A DNA stretch of 46,151 nucleotides from Candidatus Xenobia bacterium (lineage in GTDB: Bacteria; Vulcanimicrobiota; Xenobia; Xenobiales; QWHO01). Both the position numbers and the translations under genes were made by a program. The notes beneath the pieces were generated by a model. That model saw nothing but the letters and a program-made list of their open reading frames with translations. It ran no database searches and had not been told where the DNA came from. Positions 1-9,381 of this stretch are shown one piece after another. Position 1 is the stretch's first letter. Every line of letters begins with the position of its first letter. Location: assembly GCA_045863235.1 (NCBI GenBank), contig BTUM01000065.1:1-46151 (forward strand), given 5' to 3'.

Positions 1-1733
1 AGGGCTCCGGCGCACATGGTCAGGCTGTAGAAGGGCTGCACGATGAAGGCGATGCCGATGGCCATGCCGGAGGGGAGGTAGGGACGGGCGCTCTTGAAGA
101 AGTGGCGAATGGTCGGGATCAGCGCCCCGATCACCAGGGCCACCAGCACGGCCGGGATGGAGTGGTCGGGCATGGCCGCCAGCCCCTTGGAGAGCACCTC
201 GGCCATGGCCTTCCAGGCGTGAGCGGCGGGGGCAGGCAGCTTGTCGCCCCCGATTTCGAAGGCCCGCTCGAAGAGGATGTAGATGGGCACGCACACCAGG
301 ATGCCGGCAGCCACGCCGTAAAGCTGGGCGATGACCTGCTTTCTGGGCGAGGCGCCCAAAAGCCAGCCGGTCTTCAGGTCGTGCATGATGTCGCCCGCTT
401 TGGAGGCGCCCGCGCCCGTCACGGCGGCGCACATCAAATTGGCGCCCACCTGGCCGGGGGCCAGAGCGCCGTAGAGAAGCTGGGTCACCTTGCCCATGCC
501 GCCGATGGGATTGATGTCGCACTCACCCGTGCAGCGGGTGGCGATCGCCGAGAGGAAGGCCGAGATCAGCACCGCCAGGGCGGTCAGCCAGGGAGCGATG
601 CCGAACACGAAGTAGGCGGCCGCGATGGTCAGCACCGAAGCCGAGGCCAGGCCGGCCGCGAACCACCAGTTGGGCACCTGCTCGCTGGCGGGGGCGGTGT
701 CATCCACTGGCTGACCAGCCCGCTTGGGCCGCATGGCCTCCAGGATGGAGCGCCAGGAGAGCAACAGGTTGGTGATGGCGTCGGACACCATCAGGGCCAC
801 GCCCGGCCAGAGGATCCATCCGCGCGCGCCGTTGGCGTAGCTCATCGGGTCGCCCGCCACCCAGCCCTGGGCGCCCACCCAGGGGGCCAGCAGGCCCCAG
901 GCCACGATGGCCCCCAGGGCCAGCGACAGGCCGGTGCGCAGGCCGATCAGGATGCCGGCCCCCAGCATCATGGGCCCCAGGTAGAGCTCGAAGCCGAACT
1001 TGAAGGCTAGCGCCACCAGCCCCACCTGCACCCAGTCGTGCAGGGGCACGTGCTGCACCTGAGGCACGAAGAAGCCGATGAGGGTGAACAGGCCGGCCGC
1101 GATGGCTGTCTTGACCAGCAGGGACGACTTCTTGACGGCATCCTCACCCGAGCTGAACATGGCCGCGATGGTCTGGCCGGTAGCCGTGCCGCTGGGGAAA
1201 CGGAGCTTTTCGACCAGCACCATCTGGCGCCGCAGCGGGATGGCGTAGAAGATGCCCAGGCCGGCCACCGAGCCGGCCCACAGGGTGAGCTCGAGGTAGC
1301 TGAACTTGTGGCCCAGCATGGTCATGGCCGGCACGGCCGACAGCAGGCCCGCGGCCGAGGCCATGGCCCCGGCCGCCGATCCGGCCGTCTGGGCAATGTT
1401 GGTCTCGAGCGGAGTGAAGGCTTTCCTGGGCTTGAGGGTGGCGAAGACAGAGTAGCCCAGGATGGCGGCGATCAGCGATCCCCCCATCGACCAGCCGGTC
1501 TGCAAGCCGAAGTAGATGTTCATGGCGGCCACCACTGCCCCCAGAAAGCAGCCCACGAAGACAGCTCGGAAGGTGAGCTGGCGCTCGCTCGGAGCGGGGC
1601 GATAGAGCGGGCCGTCGCCCGGGTCGGCGGTGAAGGTGCCCATCTCCGGCGGGGCGGATTGCCCGACGGGAGAGCCCGTCTCGGCTTGCTCAGAGCGTGC
1701 CTGCACGAGCAGATTCTCGGGGGGTGACGACAT
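1..1733 (-). CDS. OPT family oligopeptide transporter (runs off left edge)
   Basis: Not in the ORF track. Manual translation from ATG 1733 (GGAGG RBS upstream) gives ...RQLTFRAVFVGCFLGAVVAAMNIYFGLQTGWSMGG...ETNIAQTAGSAAG...FPSGTATA...DIMHDLKTGWLLGA, typical OPT motifs with many TM segments. Confidence 0.9.
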   Translation of the reverse strand, partial: MSSPPENLLVQARSEQAETGSPVGQSAPPEMGTFTADPGDGPLYRPAPSERQLTFRAVFVGCFLGAVVAAMNIYFGLQTGWSMGGSLIAAILGYSVFATLKPRKAFTPLETNIAQTAGSAAGAMASAAGLLSAVPAMTMLGHKFSYLELTLWAGSVAGLGIFYAIPLRRQMVLVEKLRFPSGTATGQTIAAMFSSGEDAVKKSSLLVKTAIAAGLFTLIGFFVPQVQHVPLHDWVQVGLVALAFKFGFELYLGPMMLGAGILIGLRTGLSLALGAIVAWGLLAPWVGAQGWVAGDPMSYANGARGWILWPGVALMVSDAITNLLLSWRSILEAMRPKRAGQPVDDTAPASEQVPNWWFAAGLASASVLTIAAAYFVFGIAPWLTALAVLISAFLSAIATRCTGECDINPIGGMGKVTQLLYGALAPGQVGANLMCAAVTGAGASKAGDIMHDLKTGWLLGASPRKQVIAQLYGVAAGILVCVPIYILFERAFEIGGDKLPAPAAHAWKAMAEVLSKGLAAMPDHSIPAVLVALVIGALIPTIRHFFKSARPYLPSGMAIGIAFIVQPFYSLTMCAGA

Positions 1734-1896
1734 GAGGAGTCCTCCGGGAGCAGGATGTGAACTAACATCGTTCAGCCGAAGGCCATGAGAGATGAACGAA
1801 ATGTTACCACTCTGTCACTTGCCAGACTCGGGCTGCATGCTCTGAAAGGCTCTCAGTGTTGGCGATTAGCGGTCTGAGCGCCGGATGCTGTTTGCC

Positions 1897-2184
1897 TCAG
1901 CAGAGGTAACGGTGGGCCATCCGGCCCAGCGCTGCCCCTGCGGCCCCGCCTCCCACGCTGAGCAGGAAGGCCGCCTGAAGGGTCAGCTCGGTGGCCGTAG
2001 CCGGGTCGATTCGGGCCAGAACCAGCGCCCCGACGGCCGCAAATCCCAGGATGCCTCCCGCTACCATGCTCGATGTTTCGCCCAGCGAGCAGCGGTCAGG
2101 CTGCTCGTTCTCTTCACTCTTGGGCGGGGGAGCGACCGGTGCGGCTGCTTGCGGCCGCACATAACTTGCCTGGATGACTTGCAT
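1897..2184 (-). CDS. small membrane protein (Pro/Ala-rich N-terminus, two Gly-rich hydrophobic helices)
   Basis: 95 aa ORF, preceded by the shared promoter-like motif 6 nt before ATG. Confidence 0.7.
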   Translation of the reverse strand: MQVIQASYVRPQAAAPVAPPPKSEENEQPDRCSLGETSSMVAGGILGFAAVGALVLARIDPATATELTLQAAFLLSVGGGAAGAALGRMAHRYLC

Positions 2185-2190
2185 GACCTG

Positions 2191-2222
2191 AGCCTACCAG
2201 CCTGCTCTGAAATCCCGCTGAA
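2191..2222 (-). promoter_or_regulatory. shared motif TTCAG-N6-TTCAG-N10-TAGGCT
   Basis: Minus strand reads TTCAG cgggat TTCAG agcaggctgg TAGGCT caggtc ATG. Confidence 0.65.
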
Positions 2223-2238
2223 ACATCCCGGCAAGGAG

Positions 2239-2514
2239 CTATTTGAGTGCCCGCACCTCGGCTTTGGCACCGACCGCTTCCAGCTTCTCCTCGAGAGCCT
2301 GGGCCTGGCTCAGCTCAAGGTCGCGCTTCACCACCTGGGGGCAGCTCTCTACCAGGTCCTTGGCCGCTTTGAGGCCCAGCCCGGTGGCCTCACGCACGAC
2401 TTTGATGACCTGAATCTTCTGGGGCCCGCACTCGGTCAAAACCACCTCGAAGCGCCCACCCTGAGCCCGAACGAGTGCGGTCAATAGCAAGACAAGCAAG
2501 CAGATCTTTCGCAT
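2239..2514 (-). CDS. ribosomal protein L7/L12 C-terminal-domain protein with signal-peptide-like N-terminus
   Basis: MRKICLLVLLLTALVRA, then FEVVLTECGPQKIQVIKVVREATGLGLKAAKDLVESCPQVVK...LEAVGAKAEV (L7/L12 CTD signature). Start reassigned to ATG 2514. Confidence 0.8.
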   Translation of the reverse strand: MRKICLLVLLLTALVRAQGGRFEVVLTECGPQKIQVIKVVREATGLGLKAAKDLVESCPQVVKRDLELSQAQALEEKLEAVGAKAEVRALK

Positions 2515-2608
2515 ATCCACTGTTTCGAGAGATCCGACGGTCTCCCCCCCCGAGCGACCGGCCAGGCGCGCGAGGCCTCGGACGAGGCGGCGCCGAAGTT
2601 CTCCTGCA

Positions 2609-5056
2609 GTGATCGACCGCATCCACGACCAGGTTCAGCTCAGGGCCTGGAACATGCCTCTTCCGGCTCGCTCCGAAGGGTCGAAGGACCCCAGCGACCT
2701 GCACGCTGGAGCTGTGGAGCCAGGAAGCCCTCCATGCCTCCTCTCCCCGACCCCGCCGGAGGCTCAGCCCTCGGCGACCGAGCCCGAGCCCTCTGGCCCT
2801 TCTCCCGCTCTGAAGCCCCATCTCGAGCGGGCTCAGGCCATGCTCGAGCTGACCCCGCTCTCGCTCAAGCAAGAGCTGACTGCCGATGAGCGCGCCCGGG
2901 TGGCCCCCTGGCGCCTTTCCTCCGATCCCCTTGCGGCCCGCCTGGCTCGCCACATGCTCTATTCCCAGGATGGTGACGCCCTGGACCGTTGGCAGCGCCT
3001 GCTCTCTCCTCACGAAGCGGCGGTGGCCGCCCTGCGCGAGGTGGTGGCTTTCAGCTGCGAGCCCAACGGCGCGGTGCATCCTCTGGATGGGAAATCGCTC
3101 GACCGGGCCCTGCAGGCCCTGGCGGTCACCTCTCCGAGCCAGGAGGGGATCGCCATTTTGAGGTCGGTGGAGCGCCGCTTCACCTCTCGGGCCACCGCCA
3201 TCCTCGGAGACGACGTCAGGAACGCCGAGTCTCCCGAGCAAGACCTGGCCTGGGCCCGGCAGGCCAGGGCGCTGCTCGAGAGCTGGGGGGCCCCACCCGA
3301 GCCGCCCCGCAACGAGGTCGAAGAGCTCGTCCACCAGACCGCCATTGCCACCAGCCCCCACGAAGCCATCGCCGAGCTGACCCAGAAATTGCGCGATCCC
3401 GAGCTGCGCCCCCAGCTCGAGCAGAACCTGCCCGCGCTCGTGGGCTACGGAAGGGAAGCGGTGCTTTTCGGGACCGCCGGTTGCGACGCGCTGGCTGAGT
3501 CCGGGCAGCGCCACTACTACGAGACGCTGCTCAGTGAGTTCCCCGAGGCATTCTCGGCCGATTGCCTGCACCAGGGTATCGGACCTTTGCTCGGGGCCGG
3601 CGTGGAGGGCTGGAAGTCGACCTTCAACCAGTTCTGGAACCGTCACCCTGAGCTCATGAACGACATGGTCGAGATGGGTCTGAGCCAGCGCTCCACCTTT
3701 CGCCTCGCTGGCGACGTGCTCGAGCTGGTGGGCGGCTCGTTGCGGCGGGGCCTGAAGCCCACGCCCGAGCTGCGCGACTTTCTCCTGAGCCATCTGTGCT
3801 TCCCCCTGAGCCAGACCCACACCGGACCGGGCAGCATGGCCGTCCTGCGAGTCCTGGCCGAGATGGAGAAGGCCCGACCCGGCATCCTGGAGGGAGCAGT
3901 CCTGCCGGACGCCTCGGGCAAGGCCGCTCCCTGGAAGTTGGCCCTGCTCGACCGGGTGCTTCAGGAGAAGATTCGCGGGCCCATGGTGCTCAACGAGCTG
4001 GGCGGCTGGAACGATGGGCGGCCGCTCTACTCCACCCTGTTCCCGGGCCCCGATCCGGCCCTTTCCGGTCCCCTGCTCGATGCTCTCGAGCGCAACTGGC
4101 CCGCCGACCCGAGCACCCTGGAGGGACCGGACAAGGTCCGTCTGTCCATTCTGGCTTCCGTGCCGCTGCCCCCCGAGCATGAACAGCGCCTGAAAGCACT
4201 GCTCGAGCCGGAAATGGGGCAGGCGCGTCTCTACCAGCCCTACCTGCAACGCTTCGGTGCCGGCTATCGCGCCGAGCAGCTGGCCCCCCTGGCAAAACAG
4301 CCTTTGGGCGAGCGACTGGCCAGGGTCCGTGAGCTCTTGCAGCTCGAGATCGACCGGGACGCTTCCTTTCTGGCCGAGCGCTACGTTCCCGGCGCGGCCC
4401 GCACTCTGGTCGATACGATTGAGGGCCCTGAGCGGGCGGCAGCTGTGGCCGAGCTCTATCCTCAGGCCAACGACTCGCTGGTGGCCCACGTCTGCGTGGA
4501 GTTGGTGGGACTGGAGCCCTCGCTGGTGCGCTTACTGCACCCGCCCCCCACCAGCCCGGAGGCGGTCAATGCCTTCGATAAGGGCGTGGAGGGTTGGGTC
4601 AAGAACTTCCCTCGAACCGGCCTGGCGGAAGTCACCGGTTCGCTCGAGACCATCGCCGGATTGGCCAGCACGCCGTTTGGCAAGAATCAGGTGTACGCTG
4701 GCTGGGCCGCGCTGCTCAAAGAAGGCCCGCCCTGGGCTCGCGAAGTGGCCGCTCTGGACGCCAGGCCGCCAGAGCAGCACCAGGTGGCGCGCCGGGTGGT
4801 GGGCTCTCCTCGGACCCCCGAGGCCGATCTGGGGCACTACCGCAAGCTGGCCGGGATGGTGAAGGCCGAGGAGCTGCTGCCCGCCTTCGACCGCCTGCTG
4901 GCAGCCCTGAATGCCGGCCACAGCGAGGAAGAAGCCTGGACCGCGGCCCTGAGCCAGGTCCTGGCTCCCGGGGCGGAAGGCCTGCCCGGCAGCGGCGTGG
5001 AGGTGCGGGCCGGACAGGTGACTGTGGGCGGGGTGCGCCTGCGAGCGCGCAGCTAG
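2609..5056 (+). CDS. large hypothetical protein with conserved C-terminal tail
   Basis: 815 aa ORF with coding-like codon use; ends SGVEVRAGQVTVGGVRLRARS; start uncertain (2609 or 2654). Confidence 0.75.
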   Translation: MIDRIHDQVQLRAWNMPLPARSEGSKDPSDLHAGAVEPGSPPCLLSPTPPEAQPSATEPEPSGPSPALKPHLERAQAMLELTPLSLKQELTADERARVAPWRLSSDPLAARLARHMLYSQDGDALDRWQRLLSPHEAAVAALREVVAFSCEPNGAVHPLDGKSLDRALQALAVTSPSQEGIAILRSVERRFTSRATAILGDDVRNAESPEQDLAWARQARALLESWGAPPEPPRNEVEELVHQTAIATSPHEAIAELTQKLRDPELRPQLEQNLPALVGYGREAVLFGTAGCDALAESGQRHYYETLLSEFPEAFSADCLHQGIGPLLGAGVEGWKSTFNQFWNRHPELMNDMVEMGLSQRSTFRLAGDVLELVGGSLRRGLKPTPELRDFLLSHLCFPLSQTHTGPGSMAVLRVLAEMEKARPGILEGAVLPDASGKAAPWKLALLDRVLQEKIRGPMVLNELGGWNDGRPLYSTLFPGPDPALSGPLLDALERNWPADPSTLEGPDKVRLSILASVPLPPEHEQRLKALLEPEMGQARLYQPYLQRFGAGYRAEQLAPLAKQPLGERLARVRELLQLEIDRDASFLAERYVPGAARTLVDTIEGPERAAAVAELYPQANDSLVAHVCVELVGLEPSLVRLLHPPPTSPEAVNAFDKGVEGWVKNFPRTGLAEVTGSLETIAGLASTPFGKNQVYAGWAALLKEGPPWAREVAALDARPPEQHQVARRVVGSPRTPEADLGHYRKLAGMVKAEELLPAFDRLLAALNAGHSEEEAWTAALSQVLAPGAEGLPGSGVEVRAGQVTVGGVRLRARS

Positions 5057-5235
5057 GCGGGGGCCCCGAAGGCTCGACAAGCCGTCAGCAAGTCTCAACA
5101 CAGTCAAAATCCGGCCGGAAGGGTCGGAGGATCATGCCTACAGGCCCTCCTTGAGATGGCACGCCTGAACGGGAAGGCACGCAAGGTCGTCCGCATGTCC
5201 GTTAAGAAGCATGTAGTGTCAACTGGCCAGTTTTG

Positions 5236-5435
5236 CACTACACGAATGCAGATGGTCTCGGGCCGGGTGGGTGTCGCAGAGAGAACCCACCACTGTGAAG
5301 TGCCTTCCTTCTAAACGACGCCAATGCTCTCGGGCGAGTTCGGGCGGTAGAAAGCCCACCACGAATGAAGCGCCTCCCCACTACACGACGCCGATGCTCT
5401 CGGGCCGGGTGGGGGTAAGAAAAGGCCCACCCCGC
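5236..5435. repeat. three degenerate ~70 bp tandem units, each with a hairpin
   Basis: CTA(C/A)ACGA..GC..ATG.TCTCGGGC...CCCACC recurs at about 5236, 5309 and 5379. Confidence 0.65.
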
Positions 5436-5687
5436 TGCACGACTGCCGATGGTGGGACGATCCTGCCTCGCCGGTAGCGCGGCGAGGGGGCCACCGCCCT
5501 TCGCAAGCACGCCGACGCGCTCTCGGTGACAACCTGGGTGGCCAGCCCCACGCCGGAGAACTGGGTCAGGGGAGCGGCTGAGGCTCCTGGCAACACGCCC
5601 TTCTGCACAACTTCCTGGCAGCAGCTGGGCGGCCGGCCAGCGTGGGAGAGAAGCGGGACCTCCATGGCCAGCGTGGAAGGGGCCGTC

Positions 5688-6854
5688 ATGGAGCGCTTGC
5701 TGCGGGCCCACCGGGCCGCCCTGGAAGCGGTGGACCCCGGCCTGTTGGTGAGCCGGGAGCCGCTCGAGCGGGCTCCTCCCTGGCTGCTGGCCCTGGGCAA
5801 GGCGGCCTGGCCCATGGCCGAGGCCGCCCTCGAGCAGCGCAGTTTTCAGGGCGCCCTGGTCGTCTGCCCCCCCCGCGCGGGCTCGCAGGTGGGCGCGCGC
5901 GTGCTGCATGGCAGTCACCCGGTCCCCGACCAGAGCAGCCTGGCGGCCGGGGAGGCCATCCTGGAGTTCGGTCGCCAGGCTCGAGGGGGGCTGCTGGTGC
6001 TGCTCTCGGGGGGCGGCTCGGCGCTGGCCGAGGCGCTGGTGGAAGGGCTGACCCTGGACGATCTGCAGGCCACCACCCGGGCCCTGCTGGCCGGAGGGGC
6101 GCCAGTCCAGGCAATCAACGCCGTGCGCCGCCATCTCTCGCGCCTCAAGGGGGGACGGCTGGCCGAGCTGGTGCCCGGCCCGGTCCACACCCTGGCCCTC
6201 TCGGACGTGCTGGGCAGTCCGCCGGAGGCCATCGCCAGCGGTCCCACCGCGCCCGATCCAAGCACCTGCCAGGAGGCCCTGGAGGCCTGCCGGGGCCTGA
6301 ATGTGCCCGAGCGCGTTCTGAAAGTGCTGGCCAGCCACGAGACCCCCAAGCAGCTTCGCGAGACGAGCTACCGCGTGCTGGCCGACAACCGCGTCATGGC
6401 CGAGGCCGCCTGCCGCGAGCTGGGGCCCGAGGCCCGGCTCCTGACCTGCTGGCTGGAGGGCGAGGCCCGTGAGCTGGGGCGCTTCCTGGCCTGCCTGGCC
6501 CGGGAAGGGGGCAAGCATACCTTCGTGCTCAGCGGCGAGCCGACCGTGACCGTGCGAGGCCCAGGCAGAGGGGGACGCTGCCAGGAGCTGGCCCTCAGCT
6601 TCGCCCTGGCTGCGGAGGGGGTGAACGCCACCTTGCTGGCGGCCAGCTCAGACGGCATCGACGGGCCTACCGACGCTGCCGGTGCCGTCGTGGACGGCAC
6701 CACCGCCGGCCGAGCCCGGACGCTGGGACTCGACCCGCGGGCCAGCCTGGAGGCCAACGATGCCTACCCCTTGCTGCAGGCCACCTCCAGCCTGCTGGTC
6801 ACGGGCCCGAGCGGGACCAACACCAACGACCTTTTCTTGCTGCAGGTGGAGTAG
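5688..6854 (+). CDS. glycerate kinase type-2 (DUF4147/MOFRL)
   Basis: GKAAWPM, HPVPD, LSGGGSAL, SRLKGGRL, GEPTV, GGRCQE, DGIDGPTDAAG, TGPSGTNTND motifs; start 5688 (alternative 5664). Confidence 0.92.
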   Translation: MERLLRAHRAALEAVDPGLLVSREPLERAPPWLLALGKAAWPMAEAALEQRSFQGALVVCPPRAGSQVGARVLHGSHPVPDQSSLAAGEAILEFGRQARGGLLVLLSGGGSALAEALVEGLTLDDLQATTRALLAGGAPVQAINAVRRHLSRLKGGRLAELVPGPVHTLALSDVLGSPPEAIASGPTAPDPSTCQEALEACRGLNVPERVLKVLASHETPKQLRETSYRVLADNRVMAEAACRELGPEARLLTCWLEGEARELGRFLACLAREGGKHTFVLSGEPTVTVRGPGRGGRCQELALSFALAAEGVNATLLAASSDGIDGPTDAAGAVVDGTTAGRARTLGLDPRASLEANDAYPLLQATSSLLVTGPSGTNTNDLFLLQVE

Positions 6855-6955
6855 GTACGGTATCCTACCCAGAAGCCGATGCAGCACTCCGAACCAGAAA
6901 GAGTCCATCTCGACCTGGGCCAGGTTCTGGGGCCGACTCGCGAGGATGAGCAGCG

Positions 6956-7675
6956 ATGTCTACCTCAGCCCTGATCCCCGCCTACCAGCCCACTGAGCTT
7001 CTGATCGAAGTGGTCGATTCGGTGCTCGCAGCCGGCTTTGCCCGGGTGGTGGTGGTCAACGACGGCAGTAAGCCGGAATGCGCTCGGCACTTCGAGGCCG
7101 TCCGAACCAGGCCGAAGGTCATCTTGCTCGAGCACGAGCGCAATCGAGGCAAGGGCGCGGCCCTACGAACCGGCCTGGAGCACCTGCACCGAACCGCCCC
7201 GGCGGGCGAGGTGGGGGTGGTCACTCTGGATGCCGACGGCCAGCACCGCGCTCAGGATGCCTGGCGGGTGGCCGAAGAGCTCGAGCGCCACCCGGACGCG
7301 CTGGTGCTGGGCGTGCGCAGCTTCACTCGCAAGGGCGTTCCCTGGCCCCGCCGTATCGGCAACATCTTCACCCGGGTGGTGTTCGCAGTGCTGGTGGGAC
7401 GGATCATCCGCGATACCCAGACCGGCCTTCGCGGCCACCCGATGGGCTGGATCCCCGAGCTTCTCACCATCGACTACGACGGCTACGAGTACGAGCTGGA
7501 AGTCTTGCTCCACTGCCGCAAGCGCCCCCTGCGCCAGGTGACCATCGAGACCGTCTACATCGGCGAGAACGAGAGCTCGCACTTTGATCTGGTGCGCGAC
7601 TCCACCCGCATCTACGGAACCCTGCTCAAGAGCCGCCTGCGGGCCCTTAGAGACTGGTTCAAAGTGAGATTCTAA
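6956..7675 (+). CDS. glycosyltransferase family 2
   Basis: LIPAY, VVNDGS, NRGKGAAL, DADGQH, DTQTGLRG. Confidence 0.92.
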   Translation: MSTSALIPAYQPTELLIEVVDSVLAAGFARVVVVNDGSKPECARHFEAVRTRPKVILLEHERNRGKGAALRTGLEHLHRTAPAGEVGVVTLDADGQHRAQDAWRVAEELERHPDALVLGVRSFTRKGVPWPRRIGNIFTRVVFAVLVGRIIRDTQTGLRGHPMGWIPELLTIDYDGYEYELEVLLHCRKRPLRQVTIETVYIGENESSHFDLVRDSTRIYGTLLKSRLRALRDWFKVRF

Positions 7676-7776
7676 AGTGCAAGGCCAAAGGCCTTGCACT
7701 CTACAACGCGCTGAAACGCAGTTCCGGCGCGTTCGTCAGACTGCGCTCATGTGCAAAACCAAAGTGCGAGCGCATT
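7673..7776 (+). repeat. dispersed multi-hairpin REP-like element, copy A
   Basis: TAA-AGTGCAAGGCC-AAA-GGCCTTGCACT...AACGCGCTGAAAC-GCA-GTTCCGGCGCGTTCGTCAGA...GAGCGCATT; similar sequence at 30001, 32259, 38557 and 44890. Confidence 0.8.
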
Positions 7777-7792
7777 AAAGCCATAGGGCACA

Positions 7793-9343
7793 TCAGAAGG
7801 ATAGCTCCTTGGCCACTTCGGCGGCCGGGCGCAGCAGACCGCTGACCGGGTCGAATACGGGCGGGGCCTGGGGGCGCAGCCTGTCGCGCTGGCCCTGAAT
7901 CTGCTGGGCCAGCACCGCCAGCGGCACAGCCCGGTCGGCTTCCCACCGGGTCAAACGGCGGGTCAGCTCGCGTCCCGAGAAGGTCAGCTCCTGCCCGTTC
8001 TGACGGCGCGCAAACATCTCATTGGAGAATTCCTTGATGAAGCTTCCGTAGAAGGCCACCAGGGTGTAGGCAGCCTCCTCGGCCGCCTTCTCGAGCTTCA
8101 CGGCATCGGCGGTGGGATTGAGCGTGGTCTGAGCGCCCGAGTCCACTCCCATGCCCTTCTGCACGGCTTCCTGGGCCAGCAGCTGGGCGGCCGGCGAGGA
8201 AAGCTGCTGGGCGTGGGAGAGATCCCCCGCCGGGCCGGCCGACAGGTGGCCCTTGCCGAAGAAATACTCGGCTGCTCGTCCCCCGTAGTCGGAGGCCATC
8301 TCGGCGAAGTAGTACTCGAACGTCTTGGCGGCGTTGCCCCCGAACATCAGGTTCACGAAGGCCTGGGCGCCCTTGCGGGGGTGAAAGGAAACCAGGTCGA
8401 TGGCCTGGGGCAGCTCGTCGGTGCTCTTCGACTCGCGGGCCAGTCGCTGGAAGAAGTGGCGAACCACCACGTGGCCCATCTCGTGGGCCACTGAGAGCTT
8501 GAAGAAGCGCTCGTCCACAGCCAGGGGCTCGGGCGGGCCGGCAGCGTGAGTGAGGCGGGCCTCCATCAGGTCCACGTCGCGCAGAATCGGTCCCCCGGCG
8601 GACTGCCGGGCCAGGTCCAGGATGGCTGACAGGTCGGCCGGCCCCTTGCCCCGGGTGGCCTGGGCCATGTCGGCGAGATCGGCCGGATCGGCGCTCAGGG
8701 CCTTGCGGCGCATCAGAACGTCGATGATGCCGCGGCGCTCGATCTCGTTGCGGGGCAGGGGAACCTCGAGCAGGCCGGGCAGGTGGCGGATGGCCTCCAG
8801 GTCCACCACGTCCTTGCGGCTGGTGCTGGCCACCACCCGCACGTCCCCCGGCTCGAGCTCATCCACCAGCTCGAGCATCGAGGGCTGAGACTTCTCGGCC
8901 GTACGGATGGGAGCCACCCCGTCCAGCCCGTCGATGAACACCACTGCGTTCCTGGCGCGGGCCTCGGCGAACAGCTCGCGCACTCCGCTCTCGGCCAGGT
9001 CGGCCCCGCTGGCAAAGAGCGTGGGGGTGCCCCGGGCCTCGAGCTCGCCCGCCATGGCTTTCATCAGGCTGGTCAGCCCGCTGCCAGAAAAGCCGTTGAT
9101 GACATGGCCCTTGAAAGGGGAGCTTCCGTCCACGATCGCCATGGCCTGCTTGTGCACTTCGCCCACCGAGGCCAGGTCGCTCAGGCGCCAGCCTTCCGCC
9201 TGCACCGGAGCAAAGCGCGGCTGGACAACCGGAGCGGCTGGCTCGAGTCCGGGCGCAAAGCCGTCCACGGGGCCTGGCGCGGCGGTCGGCCGCAGATGCA
9301 CCGTGGCCCCCGGGTGATGGGGCAGGAACGGACGGATGATCAC
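7793..9343 (-). CDS. soluble FtsH-like AAA + peptidase M41 protein with degenerate ATPase motifs
   Basis: GFSGSGLTS (Walker A without Lys), FIDGLD (Walker B without Glu), VRELFAEAR, AHEMGH, GGRAAE, GPAGDL; no TM segment. Confidence 0.8.
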   Translation of the reverse strand: MIIRPFLPHHPGATVHLRPTAAPGPVDGFAPGLEPAAPVVQPRFAPVQAEGWRLSDLASVGEVHKQAMAIVDGSSPFKGHVINGFSGSGLTSLMKAMAGELEARGTPTLFASGADLAESGVRELFAEARARNAVVFIDGLDGVAPIRTAEKSQPSMLELVDELEPGDVRVVASTSRKDVVDLEAIRHLPGLLEVPLPRNEIERRGIIDVLMRRKALSADPADLADMAQATRGKGPADLSAILDLARQSAGGPILRDVDLMEARLTHAAGPPEPLAVDERFFKLSVAHEMGHVVVRHFFQRLARESKSTDELPQAIDLVSFHPRKGAQAFVNLMFGGNAAKTFEYYFAEMASDYGGRAAEYFFGKGHLSAGPAGDLSHAQQLSSPAAQLLAQEAVQKGMGVDSGAQTTLNPTADAVKLEKAAEEAAYTLVAFYGSFIKEFSNEMFARRQNGQELTFSGRELTRRLTRWEADRAVPLAVLAQQIQGQRDRLRPQAPPVFDPVSGLLRPAAEVAKELSF

Positions 9344-9349
9344 GCCTTC

Positions 9350-9381
9350 AGTTTGCCCGAGGGCGCTGAAAAATTACTGTT
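9350..9381 (-). promoter_or_regulatory. shared motif AACAG-N6-TTCAG-N10-CAAACT
   Basis: Minus strand reads AACAG taattt TTCAG cgccctcggg CAAACT gaaggc GTG. Confidence 0.55.

Noticed and set aside
2239..2514. Canonical rplL
   Set aside because: No N-terminal dimerisation domain and no ribosomal operon context
7673..7776. Integron attC site
   Set aside because: No RYYYAAC...GTTRRRY ends, no integrase, and copies follow housekeeping genes
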